DNA of 63,611 nucleotides, counting the filler, from Asterionella formosa (taxonomy: Eukaryota): NCBI GenBank assembly GCA_002256025.1. It is 12 parts of 12 records of this genome, joined end to end, with 100 filler letters (N's around TTAATTAATTAA, not from the genome) between each part and the next. Parts side by side here need not be neighbours in the genome. Positions count along the whole stretch, not along the records: positions 1 to 23,983 come from NKIB01002337.1; 11 more parts are not named here. One strand, given 5' to 3'. Every line of letters starts with the position of its first letter. Position 1 is the first letter of the stretch. A program made the position numbers and the translations under genes. This document shows positions 1 to 11,380 of the stretch, in pieces. The notes under the pieces were generated by a model. That model saw nothing but the letters and a program-made list of their open reading frames with translations, did no database searches and was not told the origin of the DNA.

Positions 1-26
1 TAACGAATTCAATTCAAATGAAGAAG

Positions 27-394
27 GGATGAGACAGGCAAAGAAGAACGAGAGTTTGGTTTTGGTTGTAACAAGATGATGATAACAGCGAAATTACAAA
101 CATTCATGATCACTGCATGTGTAAACGTTGCTACTTGATTGCTAGTGCACTAGCTGTCACTACGGGTATTATTTTCCGTCCAACAACAAAATATACCGGT
201 ACCAGGTACCTGGTACCCTTGTACCAGGGTACCTATAGCTATATAATCCACATATGTACATAACATACTGATAATAATACATCATAAATGTACATGATAT
301 AAAAGAGAGGTGAGGGTTGGTTAATTTATCACGTCCAGACTTGCCACACAAAATGAAGTCTGACGCGTGGTTTGGATATAATAATAACCTCTAG
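27..394. repeat. Dispersed repeat (probable end of a TIR DNA element); inverted copy at 58585-58945
   Basis: 27-394 aligns nearly base for base with the reverse complement of 58585-58945; both end in ...ataataacctctag and carry AAGTCTGAC/GTCCAGACTT motifs. Confidence 0.85.
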
Positions 395-668
395 ATATCA
401 TATAATGGTAAAATTTACCGTATGTAGCTATTTAACGGTAAGATACCCTCCGGTAACTAAAATCTAGAAAGAAGTTGGAATAATTCTTGGTTATTAGAAA
501 AATACCAGGTACCGGTACAGGAAAAAGTCCAGCCAGCCAATGTCATAGAATGGTTCATTCCGGGAGCATACAATGATTGATGCCCTTCCTGCGGTACCGG
601 TACCCTGGTACCTTCTAATTGCTCACATTTGATGCCCCGAGACAAGTCAAATTGGAACAGCAGGGCGG

Positions 669-1706
669 ATGGCGAGGATTGCAAAAATGTCTGCCTTTCG
701 AGGACGAACAGCAGCACTTGTTGTTTTTCTTATTTGTTTTCAATTCATTTCAATGATTGTCGTTCCTACCACTACTACTGTCAGTCCACATACCATGGAG
801 ATGCCTGTCATAATTGCGACTGGCGCCTTGGCGAATTGTTCCAACGCAACCACCGATGCAGGTCGCATAACAAGCGAAACGGTGACTATATTCTGCAAAA
901 CATTTGCGTATCGAATGCCACCAAATTTTGCACATCAAGATGACGCACAATCATTGTCTCCTCGCATTCTCTTTGGAGTATTGTCAAATGATCCCACACG
1001 ACGTATCAATGTACGTTCTACGTGGGCAAAAGATATTCCCAAGGGAAGTTACATATTCTTTATTGTAGCAGGAGAATGGAATGACGACATGGCGAAGGAA
1101 TACTCCACCCATTTGGATATCTTATGGTTGGAGAAACCGGAAATTTATCGAGAATTGTCTTACAAAACTGGAGCATTTGTCAGTATCGCCCATTTCTACT
1201 ACGCCAACTACTATACACATTTGTTCAAGACAGACGATGATTCCTACCTCAACGTTATGGAACTATCACATACACTGCAGCAACAACGTCCAACACCTAT
1301 TGATTTCTTGGGATATTGCCATTTGCAGCCCACTTTGCCTGTCCGACCGGAACAACCACTGACTAAACCATGGATGAAAGATTTTATTCTGACTTTTCAA
1401 GAATATCCAGAAAAATGGCAAGCTCCCTATTGTTCAGGAGCAGGATATGCACTTTCGCCTAAATTTGTGTTATGCGCAGCACGCCATTTCAGTGTCATTC
1501 GGCATCATCCATTTGAAGATGTTGCAATGGGTCTCATGGCAGAACGTTGTGGTATTACAGCAACTCATACTGGTTCTATCTATCCGGAACGTCGTGGTAG
1601 GAGAAACAACAAAAATAACATGACTGGTGTATTGGTCCAACATCGTGCCATTGAATCTAGGATGATGAATCGCCTTCATGACAGTATATTTCATGCACAT
1701 CTGTAA
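669..1706 (+). CDS. Glycosyltransferase family 31 (beta-1,3-galactosyltransferase-like), type II membrane protein
   Basis: Intronless 345-aa ORF; N-terminal TM anchor (ALVVFLICFQFISMIVV); R..VRSTW, LSYKT, KTDDDSY (DxD), YCSGAGYALS and EDVAMG motifs. Start could be ATG 669 or 687. Confidence 0.9.
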   Translation: MARIAKMSAFRGRTAALVVFLICFQFISMIVVPTTTTVSPHTMEMPVIIATGALANCSNATTDAGRITSETVTIFCKTFAYRMPPNFAHQDDAQSLSPRILFGVLSNDPTRRINVRSTWAKDIPKGSYIFFIVAGEWNDDMAKEYSTHLDILWLEKPEIYRELSYKTGAFVSIAHFYYANYYTHLFKTDDDSYLNVMELSHTLQQQRPTPIDFLGYCHLQPTLPVRPEQPLTKPWMKDFILTFQEYPEKWQAPYCSGAGYALSPKFVLCAARHFSVIRHHPFEDVAMGLMAERCGITATHTGSIYPERRGRRNNKNNMTGVLVQHRAIESRMMNRLHDSIFHAHL

Positions 1707-2650
1707 GTGCCCATTCTATATTTTGTAAAGAAACCATCATCATACGACGAGAAGAATCTTTCAAAGGAATGTTCCAATTACGCGAAGCTACTTTTGGTAT
1801 TCAAGCTTGCAATGGGCGGTACAACCATCCCACTACTACCGGTAATATAGGGATCTAGATTAGGCTCACACAAGTTAACTGGTATACTATTACCGGTATG
1901 GATTTGTATACGGTACCGGTAGTAGCCAGAAATGACTTTAGTAAAAGGGGGGCAATCTTTACATATGGCAGAAAATGGTCTGCATATATATACCTAGTAT
2001 ACACATGCACCGGGGAATCTACCGGTAGATTTAAAAATGAAGATATATTTAATTTTTGCATGTTTGCATACCAATTTTCGAGATATAAATTCGCTCGCGA
2101 CGAGCGTGCACATATTTAAATCCCGGGCATGATCGTCTCATTCCCAATGTGCACTAACACACGATTCTTTCTCATCTATATACAAAAGAACTAACTAACA
2201 TAAGCACTCGGAGTACCAGGTAACTCATGACAAAGACTAGACTAGGGGTACCGTATGCAATCAGCATACCGGCACACATTTACCCGGAAAATATTATCAT
2301 CGCATTCCCGCGTCACCGTTTTTGCTGATAGCCTATAAAAAATACTAGAATCGTTCGCTATCGGACATGCCTGGTGAGTATTTATTTATGATTCGTGAAA
2401 CAAACGATGTACAATACTAACTACATACTCACAAATGTTCACAGTGTACTGAAAGGCAGCTACCGGCCGGTACATAGACCTTTTCAGATACTGGTATCTA
2501 TTGCTTCTTAAACCTCGTTCACGTGATTGTTGGATTTTGTTGTATTCTGCCAAAACGTGACGCTTCAACTCCATAGTTCTTGAAAAATATATTTCTCATT
2601 CTGTGAATTTTGCCACTGCCGAGACTAAGAAAGGAGTCCAAATTACTGCC

Positions 2651-3694
2651 ATGACAAGCCTTCGAAAATGCTTGTTGCTTGCGGCGAGTTGTGTGTTGCT
2701 CCACAATACAGCGGAAGCAAAAGAGTCTTCGATCAGAACTCGTAACAGGCGAGACATTCAAACAAGCTCCTGGGTCAAGCCCAGGTACTTTCAAAAGTAT
2801 AAAGCCTTGATGCTCAAGAAATTGAAGAAATGTGAGGCATTGACAGTCCCTCCTTTAACCGGAGACTCCTGTAACCCCATGGGTACCGACTGGTACACTT
2901 GCCTCTTTGGGGAGCAAACATGTCCTGCTATTCTTGGTGACTTGCCTGGTTTGGGAAGCTTCAAGGGTGCAAGCTTGGGCCTCAAGCACCCAAAGACGCG
3001 ATGTGATTGTCAGGGAGGAGTCTGGATGTGCTACGATTGGAAGATTTGTCGTACGGTGAAGGACACAACAACAACTCCAACATTTTGTGGAGGCTTTGCT
3101 GGTATTCAGTGCCCCACTGGCCTGAATTGCATTGACGATCCGAATGATGGTTGCGATCCTACAAAGGGCGGTCGGGACTGTGGAGGAATTTGTATCGCTC
3201 CTCAGGCTTGTGGCAGCAGAAGTCTCCCACCCTGCCTGGAAGGTCAATCATGCATTGACCCTGATACCAGTGATAACTGCTCCCCACTTTTTGATTGCCC
3301 CGGAATCTGTGCTCCTGCTCCCCCTCAGATCTGTGGGAGCCGTGGCCTTCCATCATGTCCTGATGGTGAAACTTGTGTTGACAACCCCAACAATTGTGGC
3401 ACTGCACTTGATTGCCCTGGATTTTGTGTACCCTCTGCTACGATTCCCCCCATTCAAACAGCACCTCCAACTACTATCATTGTGGAATCATGCCCTACCA
3501 ACTCTGCACTAAATCTTCCAATGAACACAGTGTGCTCCCAAGATCTTCAATGTGCATATGGTAGTGAATCATGCTGTGGTCAAACATTTGACTCACTGAT
3601 TTGCTCATGTTCTGCTGGCAAAGGGTTTGCTTGCTTCTTTACCGATGCTTGCTTGATTAGTCCAGCAGGATGTGACACTTCACCACCCGTGTAA
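2651..3694 (+). CDS. Secreted modular cysteine-rich protein with three CGGFAG/CGSRGL-type repeats
   Basis: ATG 2651, signal peptide (CLLLAASCVLLHNTAEA), basic processing site RNRR, three ~35-aa repeats CGxxxxxxCxxGxxCxD...C....DCxGxC, flanked by two other Cys-rich modules. Confidence 0.8.
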   Translation: MTSLRKCLLLAASCVLLHNTAEAKESSIRTRNRRDIQTSSWVKPRYFQKYKALMLKKLKKCEALTVPPLTGDSCNPMGTDWYTCLFGEQTCPAILGDLPGLGSFKGASLGLKHPKTRCDCQGGVWMCYDWKICRTVKDTTTTPTFCGGFAGIQCPTGLNCIDDPNDGCDPTKGGRDCGGICIAPQACGSRSLPPCLEGQSCIDPDTSDNCSPLFDCPGICAPAPPQICGSRGLPSCPDGETCVDNPNNCGTALDCPGFCVPSATIPPIQTAPPTTIIVESCPTNSALNLPMNTVCSQDLQCAYGSESCCGQTFDSLICSCSAGKGFACFFTDACLISPAGCDTSPPV

Positions 3695-4299
3695 GGTGAG
3701 ATGAAGACAAATATATTACAATACCTTGTTTCATACATGCATCAGGAGGTGGCCTATGGTGTATAGCATTACCTATACATTAGAATACGTAAATGGTTAT
3801 AATTAACCAAAACTATGAAGCAATGTTAGCTATATCCATGAGCTCTACTAGAGTAGATTCCAGATAACTTTATGGATCTGACATATAAAGATAGTGCGAC
3901 AATATGCACTAATCCAGAGTCATGCTTCAGTATAGGCATCTAGTAGGACTAATATTTAGCCTAGTGAGATGCATTACCTCTTCAGACCACTTACCACAGT
4001 GTCTGATCTCGACGTGGGCTCTCAAACATCGATTCCCTAATAGTTAAAGGTGAGAAAATATTGTTAAATTTATTTAGCTCACTCTTTTATATTCCCTGAA
4101 CATGCTTGGCAGCCGGGAGTCTGAACGACCAACAGTCATGAGGAATTCCATGTTCAGGAAACTGTATGCAGGATTCATAAATGGAATAGCGATTCCTACA
4201 GATCGAGTCCAAGATGCAAGATTAACTCGTAAGACTGAAATGATTGGAATCAGCAATTGTAAAAAATCAACTAATGAGAAAAAGTGGATTGAAGCAAAG

Positions 4300-4520
4300 A
4301 ACAAGTCCAAGAAAGTAAGATTGATGAAGCAAGATCAGTTTGGTAAGACCAAGTGATTTGGCAAGATGGATAGAAATGTTAATCTGAAGTATTCACAACA
4401 TTGAGAAAGGCAAATCTAAAAGCAGATTATAGTCAAACTACTACCTAGCTAGTGAAGAACTTGTACTGGGCACTGGACATGTGAGTAGTACTATCAAGGA
4501 GATCTGAAAAATCTCAACTA
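4300..4520. repeat. Degenerate dispersed repeat; inverted homolog at 57190-57389
   Basis: caagtccaagaaagtaagatt..gaagcaagatca.tttggt...ggcaaatctaaa.gcagatta...gtactatcaaggagatctg..aca/atctcaac is shared with the reverse complement of 57190-57389. Confidence 0.75.
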
Positions 4521-6016
4521 ACATCACTCCTATTAAAATTCAGCTGTGCTTCCTATGTCGTACCAGTAATGTACCATTACTGCCCTGAAATCACTGATCA
4601 AGATCTTCTCAGTCACGCTGCTCGTTTGCATGTACAGTAGTACTGTAATGCATGTATGGGTGGCCGTATGCAAGTTGCGGTGCGTCATTTTGCTGAAATT
4701 GATAACATAACAAAGGACAGGTGCTTAAAATCTTAAAACTTAATCAAGAGCATCATCAATTCACACTTCGAAATCGACTGTTTCACGACTTAGCGACATA
4801 AGTTTTATGCAATTGATTTGTCCAAATGCGGAAACGGCAAAACAATGGCAAAAATGCCTAACAAAAAGCAACTGACAATGGCCAGTGTGCAAGAAAGGCC
4901 CGAAGCAAAGTAGGCCATATTAAGCAAAAGTAAGCAGGTCTTGCTTGCTTTCCTTTATTCTCTCCAAACGCAAAATCGTTCTCCTTTTCCGGCCAAAGTG
5001 ATGAAAACAACCTATCTTAATTAATGGTTTCAAGGTCATTGGGATTGGAATTTTTGACTGCCAGCATCATCACCAAACACAAGTTGATGCTCTTTTAGTA
5101 CTCTTACTACATTGAATATTATAATTATAGAATTTGGTGATAACAAGTTAAGCTAAGTTACAGAGTGTGACTGAGTTCTGGTATATTGGCTGTGTTCCAA
5201 GTAACCTGGTTTGCGAATGACTTGGAGGACTACAATTTAGTAGTTTGCACTGTTCTCTGTTCTGACCAGGTGGGTGGGGGATTGTAAACAATTGGCCTGG
5301 ATGGCTTAGATACCTTCCCATGGTCTCATTCCATTGAATCCTCAAAACAATGAGAAAACTAAATCCGAGCCAAATCTGTATTCTGCTCTCCTGCCATTTG
5401 GCTAGTCCTTCAACCGTCACAACTGCTTCCTTGCATTACTTAGATGTGACGCCGCAGCAAAAGCTAATTGTCAGCTACAGTGCATTATGGGAACTTGTTG
5501 CTCGTCTGCAGGTATGTCCTCGTTTGCTTTGGCCACAAGAGCACCGGTACTTAAAGGATTTTCTACATATGTAATACATCATATAGCAATGTACATAGAG
5601 AAGATAACAGTCAAAACAATGTAACGCATGTACATCAACGATACTAAAATATGGATTTGGACAATCTCTGACGTAATTTAGGGTTCACAATTGCCCAGAA
5701 TCTGTTTCACATACCACGAATAGTTGGCCGGTGAAACGCTCGGTTTGTGATGCTAACAAAGATACTGGGCTCTACATACTAAGTTTCGATGTTTGCGGAC
5801 CTGCCGAGTCCGCCGTAACACCGCCAAAAAAACGCACAACATCAAGCTATATTGACACTTGAGCATAAGATATTTTGGCGACGATGCTATCCCCACATGA
5901 CATAGAAGGAATAGGCAACAGGATCAAGTTTAGCCGACTCGGTTCACAATTCTTCCTTCCTTCACTTCTTATGTATATTGTGAAGAAATTCCAATTACGG
6001 CCACTGTCTTCGCGAT

Positions 6017-7284
6017 ATGAAGGTGTTTTGTGCTGCAACACTTCTGACCATGGCGTCGGCCATGACAGTCAAAGCTAGGCTAAGACAGCAGCTAACGGCG
6101 AGTGCTCGTTGGCTAAAAGACAAGAGCCAAGAGGAAGATCTGTCTTGGATGGCGAACTACACCATGCATTTTGACAAATGCCACGCCCTCCCTCAAGTTT
6201 CAACAAATTCAGACGAATCACCAATTTACACTCAATATTTGGCAGAATTCTCCCTCTGTCCCAACACGACAAATTGCAAGTCTGGCTGTAGGAAGGGTGG
6301 AAAGTATATCGTTGATATGGGAGAATTTGTTCGTCCTTATCTCGAGACTAGGAAAGAAATCGAAAAGGCGGCTTGCAAAGCTGCTCGAGAGAATTGTTCA
6401 TCTACTTCAGACAGTGATGTGTTAGCCCAGTGCTATGCCGACGCTGGCTTGGAAAATTGTGACCAAAACAACGGACAACAGGATTTTAACATTGACAAAT
6501 ACATGGAATGTAAAGAAATGGACAACAAGAATGGAAACAAGAATGGGAATAAAAACAACGGAGACTCCTCTTACAACACGAAGTAAGTGCTCACTCAATG
6601 CCATCGGTTTCTATTTTTTGATTATTGCACGACCAAGTCACTCTGCCAATTCAGTTTGCTTTCATAATTCACCTTCAATTCTCTCTTTTCCGAACCCTCA
6701 GATATTATATTGGACCACACTGTTATGGAAATCATAAGGGAATCTATCTTGGAGTTTTCCTCGACTCAAGTTGCTCCATAGCTGCACCATCGGGTGTGTA
6801 TGAAAGTATCTACAACGAATCCCTTCCATACTCAAAAACATCGATGGTCCAGAGGGACTGCCTTCCATGTGATGATGGTGCCAACGGTGTTGCGGGCATG
6901 TGCACCAGCACCTATCAACAATCTGGACGATGCGAAAAACACATGGAAAATGGAGCTACAACGCACGATACGAGTGCTTGCACATACATTTATTCGGTCC
7001 TTCGTAAAATGGACAAGGCTGCTACTAAATCGTCCTCGTCCTCGTCCTCGTCCTCCTCCTCCTCCTCCTCCTCCTCCTCATCATCATCGTCAGGCTCCAG
7101 ATCGAACACTGGTTCCACTACTGATTTGAGGACAGTGACTTCGCGGATGACCTTCCCCAATGCTTCAAGAGTATTTGCATGGATTTTTGGAACTACTACA
7201 GCACTTCTCACTCTGTATACATACCTGTTATATCGAAGATTGAAACGTAGTAGAGTGATACTTAATGGTGGTGACGGCGTCTAA
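6017..7284 (+). CDS. Silicanin-family (Sin1-like) silica-deposition-vesicle membrane protein; exons 6017-6582 and 6702-7284
   Basis: Signal peptide, RXL propeptide site (ARWL), Cys-rich N/Q-rich lumenal domain (FDKCH..FSLCP..C..GC..GKYIVDMGEFV..YMEC..YYIGPHC..IYLGVFLDSSC..LPYS..C.PC..C...Y..SGRCE..AC.YI), single C-terminal TM and short basic tail. Intron 6583-6701 (gtaagt...cag) joins the two ORFs in frame. Confidence 0.85.
7030..7092 (+). repeat. Coding TCN microsatellite encoding 21 consecutive serines
   Basis: (TCGTCC)n(TCC)n(TCA)n within exon 2 of the silicanin gene. Confidence 0.95.
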
Positions 7285-7952
7285 ACTAGCTGCTTGAGAA
7301 AAAGCGTCACTGAGTTTGGATCCAGAGGCTTCTACTTTGTACAACAAGTAGTATTGAATTATGTAAATCATATATATATTTACACTTCCAGATAAAGATA
7401 CTAGGCTGCAGACAAAGTCAGGCATATTATGATGGGAGGACCCTATTATTCATGGTCCAGTGTGGGCATTCGGCTGTATTTTTAAAAACCAAACACCAAT
7501 GCTACCGAGAAGCATTGTCGATCAGGATTCGTACTTGTGGTTACAAGGTCCTCACAACATTCGAGATCATTGTATGTGGAGCACACACGACAGCGTCTGG
7601 AATGAAGCTACCTGAGGACGAGCACAGATTGACGATGGCGCTCATATGTAGTAGTGATATATAATTGAAACAGTACGATGTGCCTCTTTGGAGCAATATA
7701 CTTATGTTCTTTAGAGTTCCAAAACATTCTAGAACCGTAGCCTCGTACTAAGAATGACATACGATGTCACGCTGGGGATCGGCGACAATTAGGGGTACTC
7801 CGTTCTCACCCCAAAGGAGTGACAGCTCGTGAATAGACTAGCAAGGTTCCTTCGTTGGAATCAACGAGCGAAGTCAAACCTTGTTTTTTTCAAGGATTGA
7901 AAGACTTCCCGCATTTTCTGGTATGTGCGTATTCCTAAGTTTGGGGTGATTC

Positions 7953-9938
7953 TTATGATGGTTCTGCCAACAAATCCCCTCGCACTTTATCGATTTCTTC
8001 CAAGGCAGCCCAAACTGCAGGAGGAACAACTGTTCTTGTTGCAGCAGAGTCATGATGACTATTGGTTGCTGTTACTTTTTCAAGTGTTGCTAAATAAGTT
8101 TGAATGGTAATCACACCTTGATGTAAGGTTGTGGCCATTTCTGATCGAGACAAGGCATCCTTATTTTCATGATGATTTTTGTTGTCCATCACGACGGTTG
8201 ACGCGGTACGAATATCACCAGAGGAAAGCATGTTTCGTAGCGATCCCCGCCAGGAATCCTCAAAGGTGGGAAGTGCGACTGAAAAATCTCGTGGCATAGA
8301 GACGGTCTCGGCCTTGAGACTCCGTCGAAGGGCTCCTCCTGGACCAGGACCACCAAGATCACGAATGACATTTTGAGCCGATTGAAAGATAGATGTTTTG
8401 GGTGGCGCTTCTTGCAACGGTGAAAACTGATCGTCGCGAATGGTATCTTTTAACTGAATGCGTCTCATTATACTTAACAATGTCGCAGTAAGTGGTAGAA
8501 TATTTGAAAGGGGTGGAACATTCATCAGAATATGAATCGATTCATTAGGATCCGTCGCATTCAACAATTTGGATCGTTGCAAAAGGATCATACTTGCAGC
8601 CGCCGCTTCCAATACTTGCATCAATGGAAAGTTCCCTAATACAAGTGGAGGACTGACACCAGGTCTTGTGTATTTGCTAGGTGTCATACTTGAAATGGAC
8701 CCATCAACAGATATTAAATCCAACAGGATATCCCATAATAACAAAACATTTCTCCATCCTTCCACTTCTCTTGAAAACAAGAGTCGTACCCATCGAGTAC
8801 AATACAATTCTGGAGGGCAATTCATCTTGGTGGTAATGTGATCGTAGAGTGGTTTGTCACATGCTGTATCGCGTACTTTGGAAAGTATGGAGTGTGCCAT
8901 TTGTTCCATGGGACTCGTTTTGTCCATCAAATGTTGTTTGACATCATAGGCACCTTGCAAGGCTGCCAATATAGTCTGTAGCATGTAATAGGCATCAGCC
9001 GCAATGTACTCTGAATCTAACAATCCACCGGTTGTTGGTTCATAATTTTCCACGGCTGACTCTTGATCGAATAAATCCATTTCCAACGTCAAGACCAAAT
9101 ACGAAGCAATTTCATGCATCCCTTGACGGTATCCAATGGCAATATGTTCTCTAGAATAAATATGCAATAGTTCAGTCAAGAGTTTGGTACGTTCTTGTTT
9201 GGATTCGTCAAATGATATTTCTACTCCACCTTGAGATTGATAATTGTTCCGTGAATGGTGATAGGTATGATGATCTGGTGGCAATCGCAATAGATCTTTT
9301 TCAATGACACCCAACGTGTGAGTGGACTGCCCGGTCCCGGTAAAATGATTTGTCAATAGCAGAGTGTGAGTGCGTGACTCGTTATTGTCGCGTTCGATAA
9401 AATCAAGACATAAAGTACGTACTGAATATGTATCAAATCGATCTCCTCCGTCTTCCTCGTCATCTAGAACAATCTTTGGTTCCAGGGTGACACCGCGATT
9501 TCTCAAGGCACGTTCTTTTCGATATTTCACTTCCAACTGTTGCAAGCGCTGTTCCTTTCGTTCCATATCCAATACCATTTGTGTCAGTGGATCGATATCG
9601 TCGTTAGAAGCAGCATTGTCCTCATTTGGTGTCAGTTCCTTTTCGCCATTAGTAGTATCGGTAGTACGGTCCACATTGCTTGTCATGTCCAGTTCGTCAC
9701 AATAGGTATGTCGCAATTCCGAGAAGGTCCTTCGTTGTTGCAGTACTTTAGTTTCATTGTACGAGCTAAGTTCTTCCATGGTCCATTCATTGTTATTATT
9801 TGGTGGATACTGAAGAATACCCAATTGCATTCTCCATCGAATACTTCGAGGGATTGTTGGACCAGTCATCATTGCGGCAGCAGTACTAGTCAGTGTGGTG
9901 GAAGGTCGGAGTTGATGAACCCATTCTTGAGCGGACAT
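7953..9938 (-). CDS. TBC1D5: TBC-domain Rab GTPase-activating protein (TBC1D5-like); probable intron 9327-9422
   Basis: IRWRMQLG, IEKDLLRL (R-finger), YRQGMHEIAS (Q-finger), RWVRLLFSRE. First ATG at 9938. A 96-nt in-frame gtacgt...cag segment looks intronic. Orthology inferred from motifs only. Confidence 0.85.
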   Translation of the reverse strand: MSAQEWVHQLRPSTTLTSTAAAMMTGPTIPRSIRWRMQLGILQYPPNNNNEWTMEELSSYNETKVLQQRRTFSELRHTYCDELDMTSNVDRTTDTTNGEKELTPNEDNAASNDDIDPLTQMVLDMERKEQRLQQLEVKYRKERALRNRGVTLEPKIVLDDEEDGGDRFDTYSVRTLCLDFIERDNNESRTHTLLLTNHFTGTGQSTHTLGVIEKDLLRLPPDHHTYHHSRNNYQSQGGVEISFDESKQERTKLLTELLHIYSREHIAIGYRQGMHEIASYLVLTLEMDLFDQESAVENYEPTTGGLLDSEYIAADAYYMLQTILAALQGAYDVKQHLMDKTSPMEQMAHSILSKVRDTACDKPLYDHITTKMNCPPELYCTRWVRLLFSREVEGWRNVLLLWDILLDLISVDGSISSMTPSKYTRPGVSPPLVLGNFPLMQVLEAAAASMILLQRSKLLNATDPNESIHILMNVPPLSNILPLTATLLSIMRRIQLKDTIRDDQFSPLQEAPPKTSIFQSAQNVIRDLGGPGPGGALRRSLKAETVSMPRDFSVALPTFEDSWRGSLRNMLSSGDIRTASTVVMDNKNHHENKDALSRSEMATTLHQGVITIQTYLATLEKVTATNSHHDSAATRTVVPPAVWAALEEIDKVRGDLLAEPS

Positions 9939-10304
9939 GGTATGAAAGGTTTTTCGTAATAATGACGTAAGGATAAGAGTATCATCTACTACTGCAAAGA
10001 AAAGCAACGAACGAAAGGGTGCGGAAAAGTACCTGGTACCTGGTACCAGGTACCGGTTTAGTACCGGTATGTAGTGTCAAGGCCTGAGCTACGTATTTTT
10101 TTTCGATCCCTCGTGTTCTGATTGTCTTACGTTATTGTGTCATAGTTTTATATGATAAATGACGATAAATCATACCGGTAGATTATCTTGTATACATAAT
10201 GAGGTTTCATCTCATTTTGATTACCGGCAAATAACATGCTGCCAGTAGACTACCGGAACAAAATACAGTATTATAAATCATATTCTATCACTTGCGGACA
10301 TACC

Positions 10305-11262
10305 TCAGGGCAACAACTGATGATCATCACCCAGATAAGCACCCCAATAGCACCATGATACCGGAAATGGAGCCTCATTGGTAGGAGCAGTAGCAGTGTC
10401 AAGGGTGCTGATATATTCAATATCAGCAGGGATGGGCAAATATGTCAGCTTCATATCATCCCAGCCATGATTAGAAAAGAGTTTCCAGATATAAGAACCA
10501 CAGTGTATAGTGATAAAGGTACAAGTTTGAACAATGTCAAGGCCATAATAGTTTGTCAAAAGTCCTTGGCATTTCATGGGTACTACAAGGAGGTTGGTAT
10601 CAAGAGAGTTGCAAATTTGGGTGTAAAGCTGTTCATTGTTAGTGGCAATGGCAAAATCATCCACTTGGCAAAGAAATAAGACATTTTCCTTGTTGATAGT
10701 AGTTGGATGAAAAATGCATGGAACATGGACAGTAGAAATGAATTGGTAATTTTGAAGGATGTGATCAATGTGACAAGGCCACTGACAAGGGGCTTCAGGG
10801 TGACCTTGGAGACTTGAGAATGGGAATGAAAAAATATGGTGGAATGGGGGAACGGCCTCTGCTGGCCCACCAATCACGAATTTGCCAACATCAACATGCA
10901 TGTAATATTTTGTACAGGAGCAGCAGCTTCATCAAAAGCATTAGAAGAATCAGCTCCATTAATTAAACTTTTTAAAGAGCAGCAAGGGCAAAGATCAGTC
11001 ATATCAGGAGTGGGAGCATAAGTGGTGCCATGGATTTGTGCTTGACCACCACAAGTAGAACCATCACAAACACCAGCTTGTGTCTCTTTACGATATTTAT
11101 CGTCATTCTTAACCTTGTAGATACAAAACCATTGGACAATTGCAGTGCCAGGAGGAGGAGCAATAGGAAAACCAAACATCATGTCTTGCTTATCATATTG
11201 ATCAAGCTGCTCAAACTCAGAAGCAAGTCAATCAGATCAGTCACGTTGTTTTTTAAGACATT
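10305..11262 (-). mobile_element. Decayed Ty1/Copia (CoDi-like) reverse transcriptase fragment
   Basis: Frameshifted pieces MFG.P..PPP...WFCIYKVK...VCDGSTCGG....TYAPT, LQGHPEAP..W..HID and QVDDFAIAT (YxDD-equivalent). Confidence 0.85.
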
Positions 11263-11380
11263 GTATCGTCCCAATTTGGGCAGTTGAGGGGGCAACAGCT
11301 TCTCCCGAAAAAATGGAGACCCCTTGTGAAAGTCAGGACCATACCAAGGATAGTCATAGACTCCAATAGTGAGATTCTTT
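11263..11380 (-). pseudogene. Truncated 5' paralog fragment of the GH99-like gene
   Basis: KNLTIGVYDYPWYGPDFHKGSPFFREKLLPPQLPKLGRY is near-identical to the N-terminus encoded at 15152-15270; it runs directly into Copia sequence. Confidence 0.85.
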
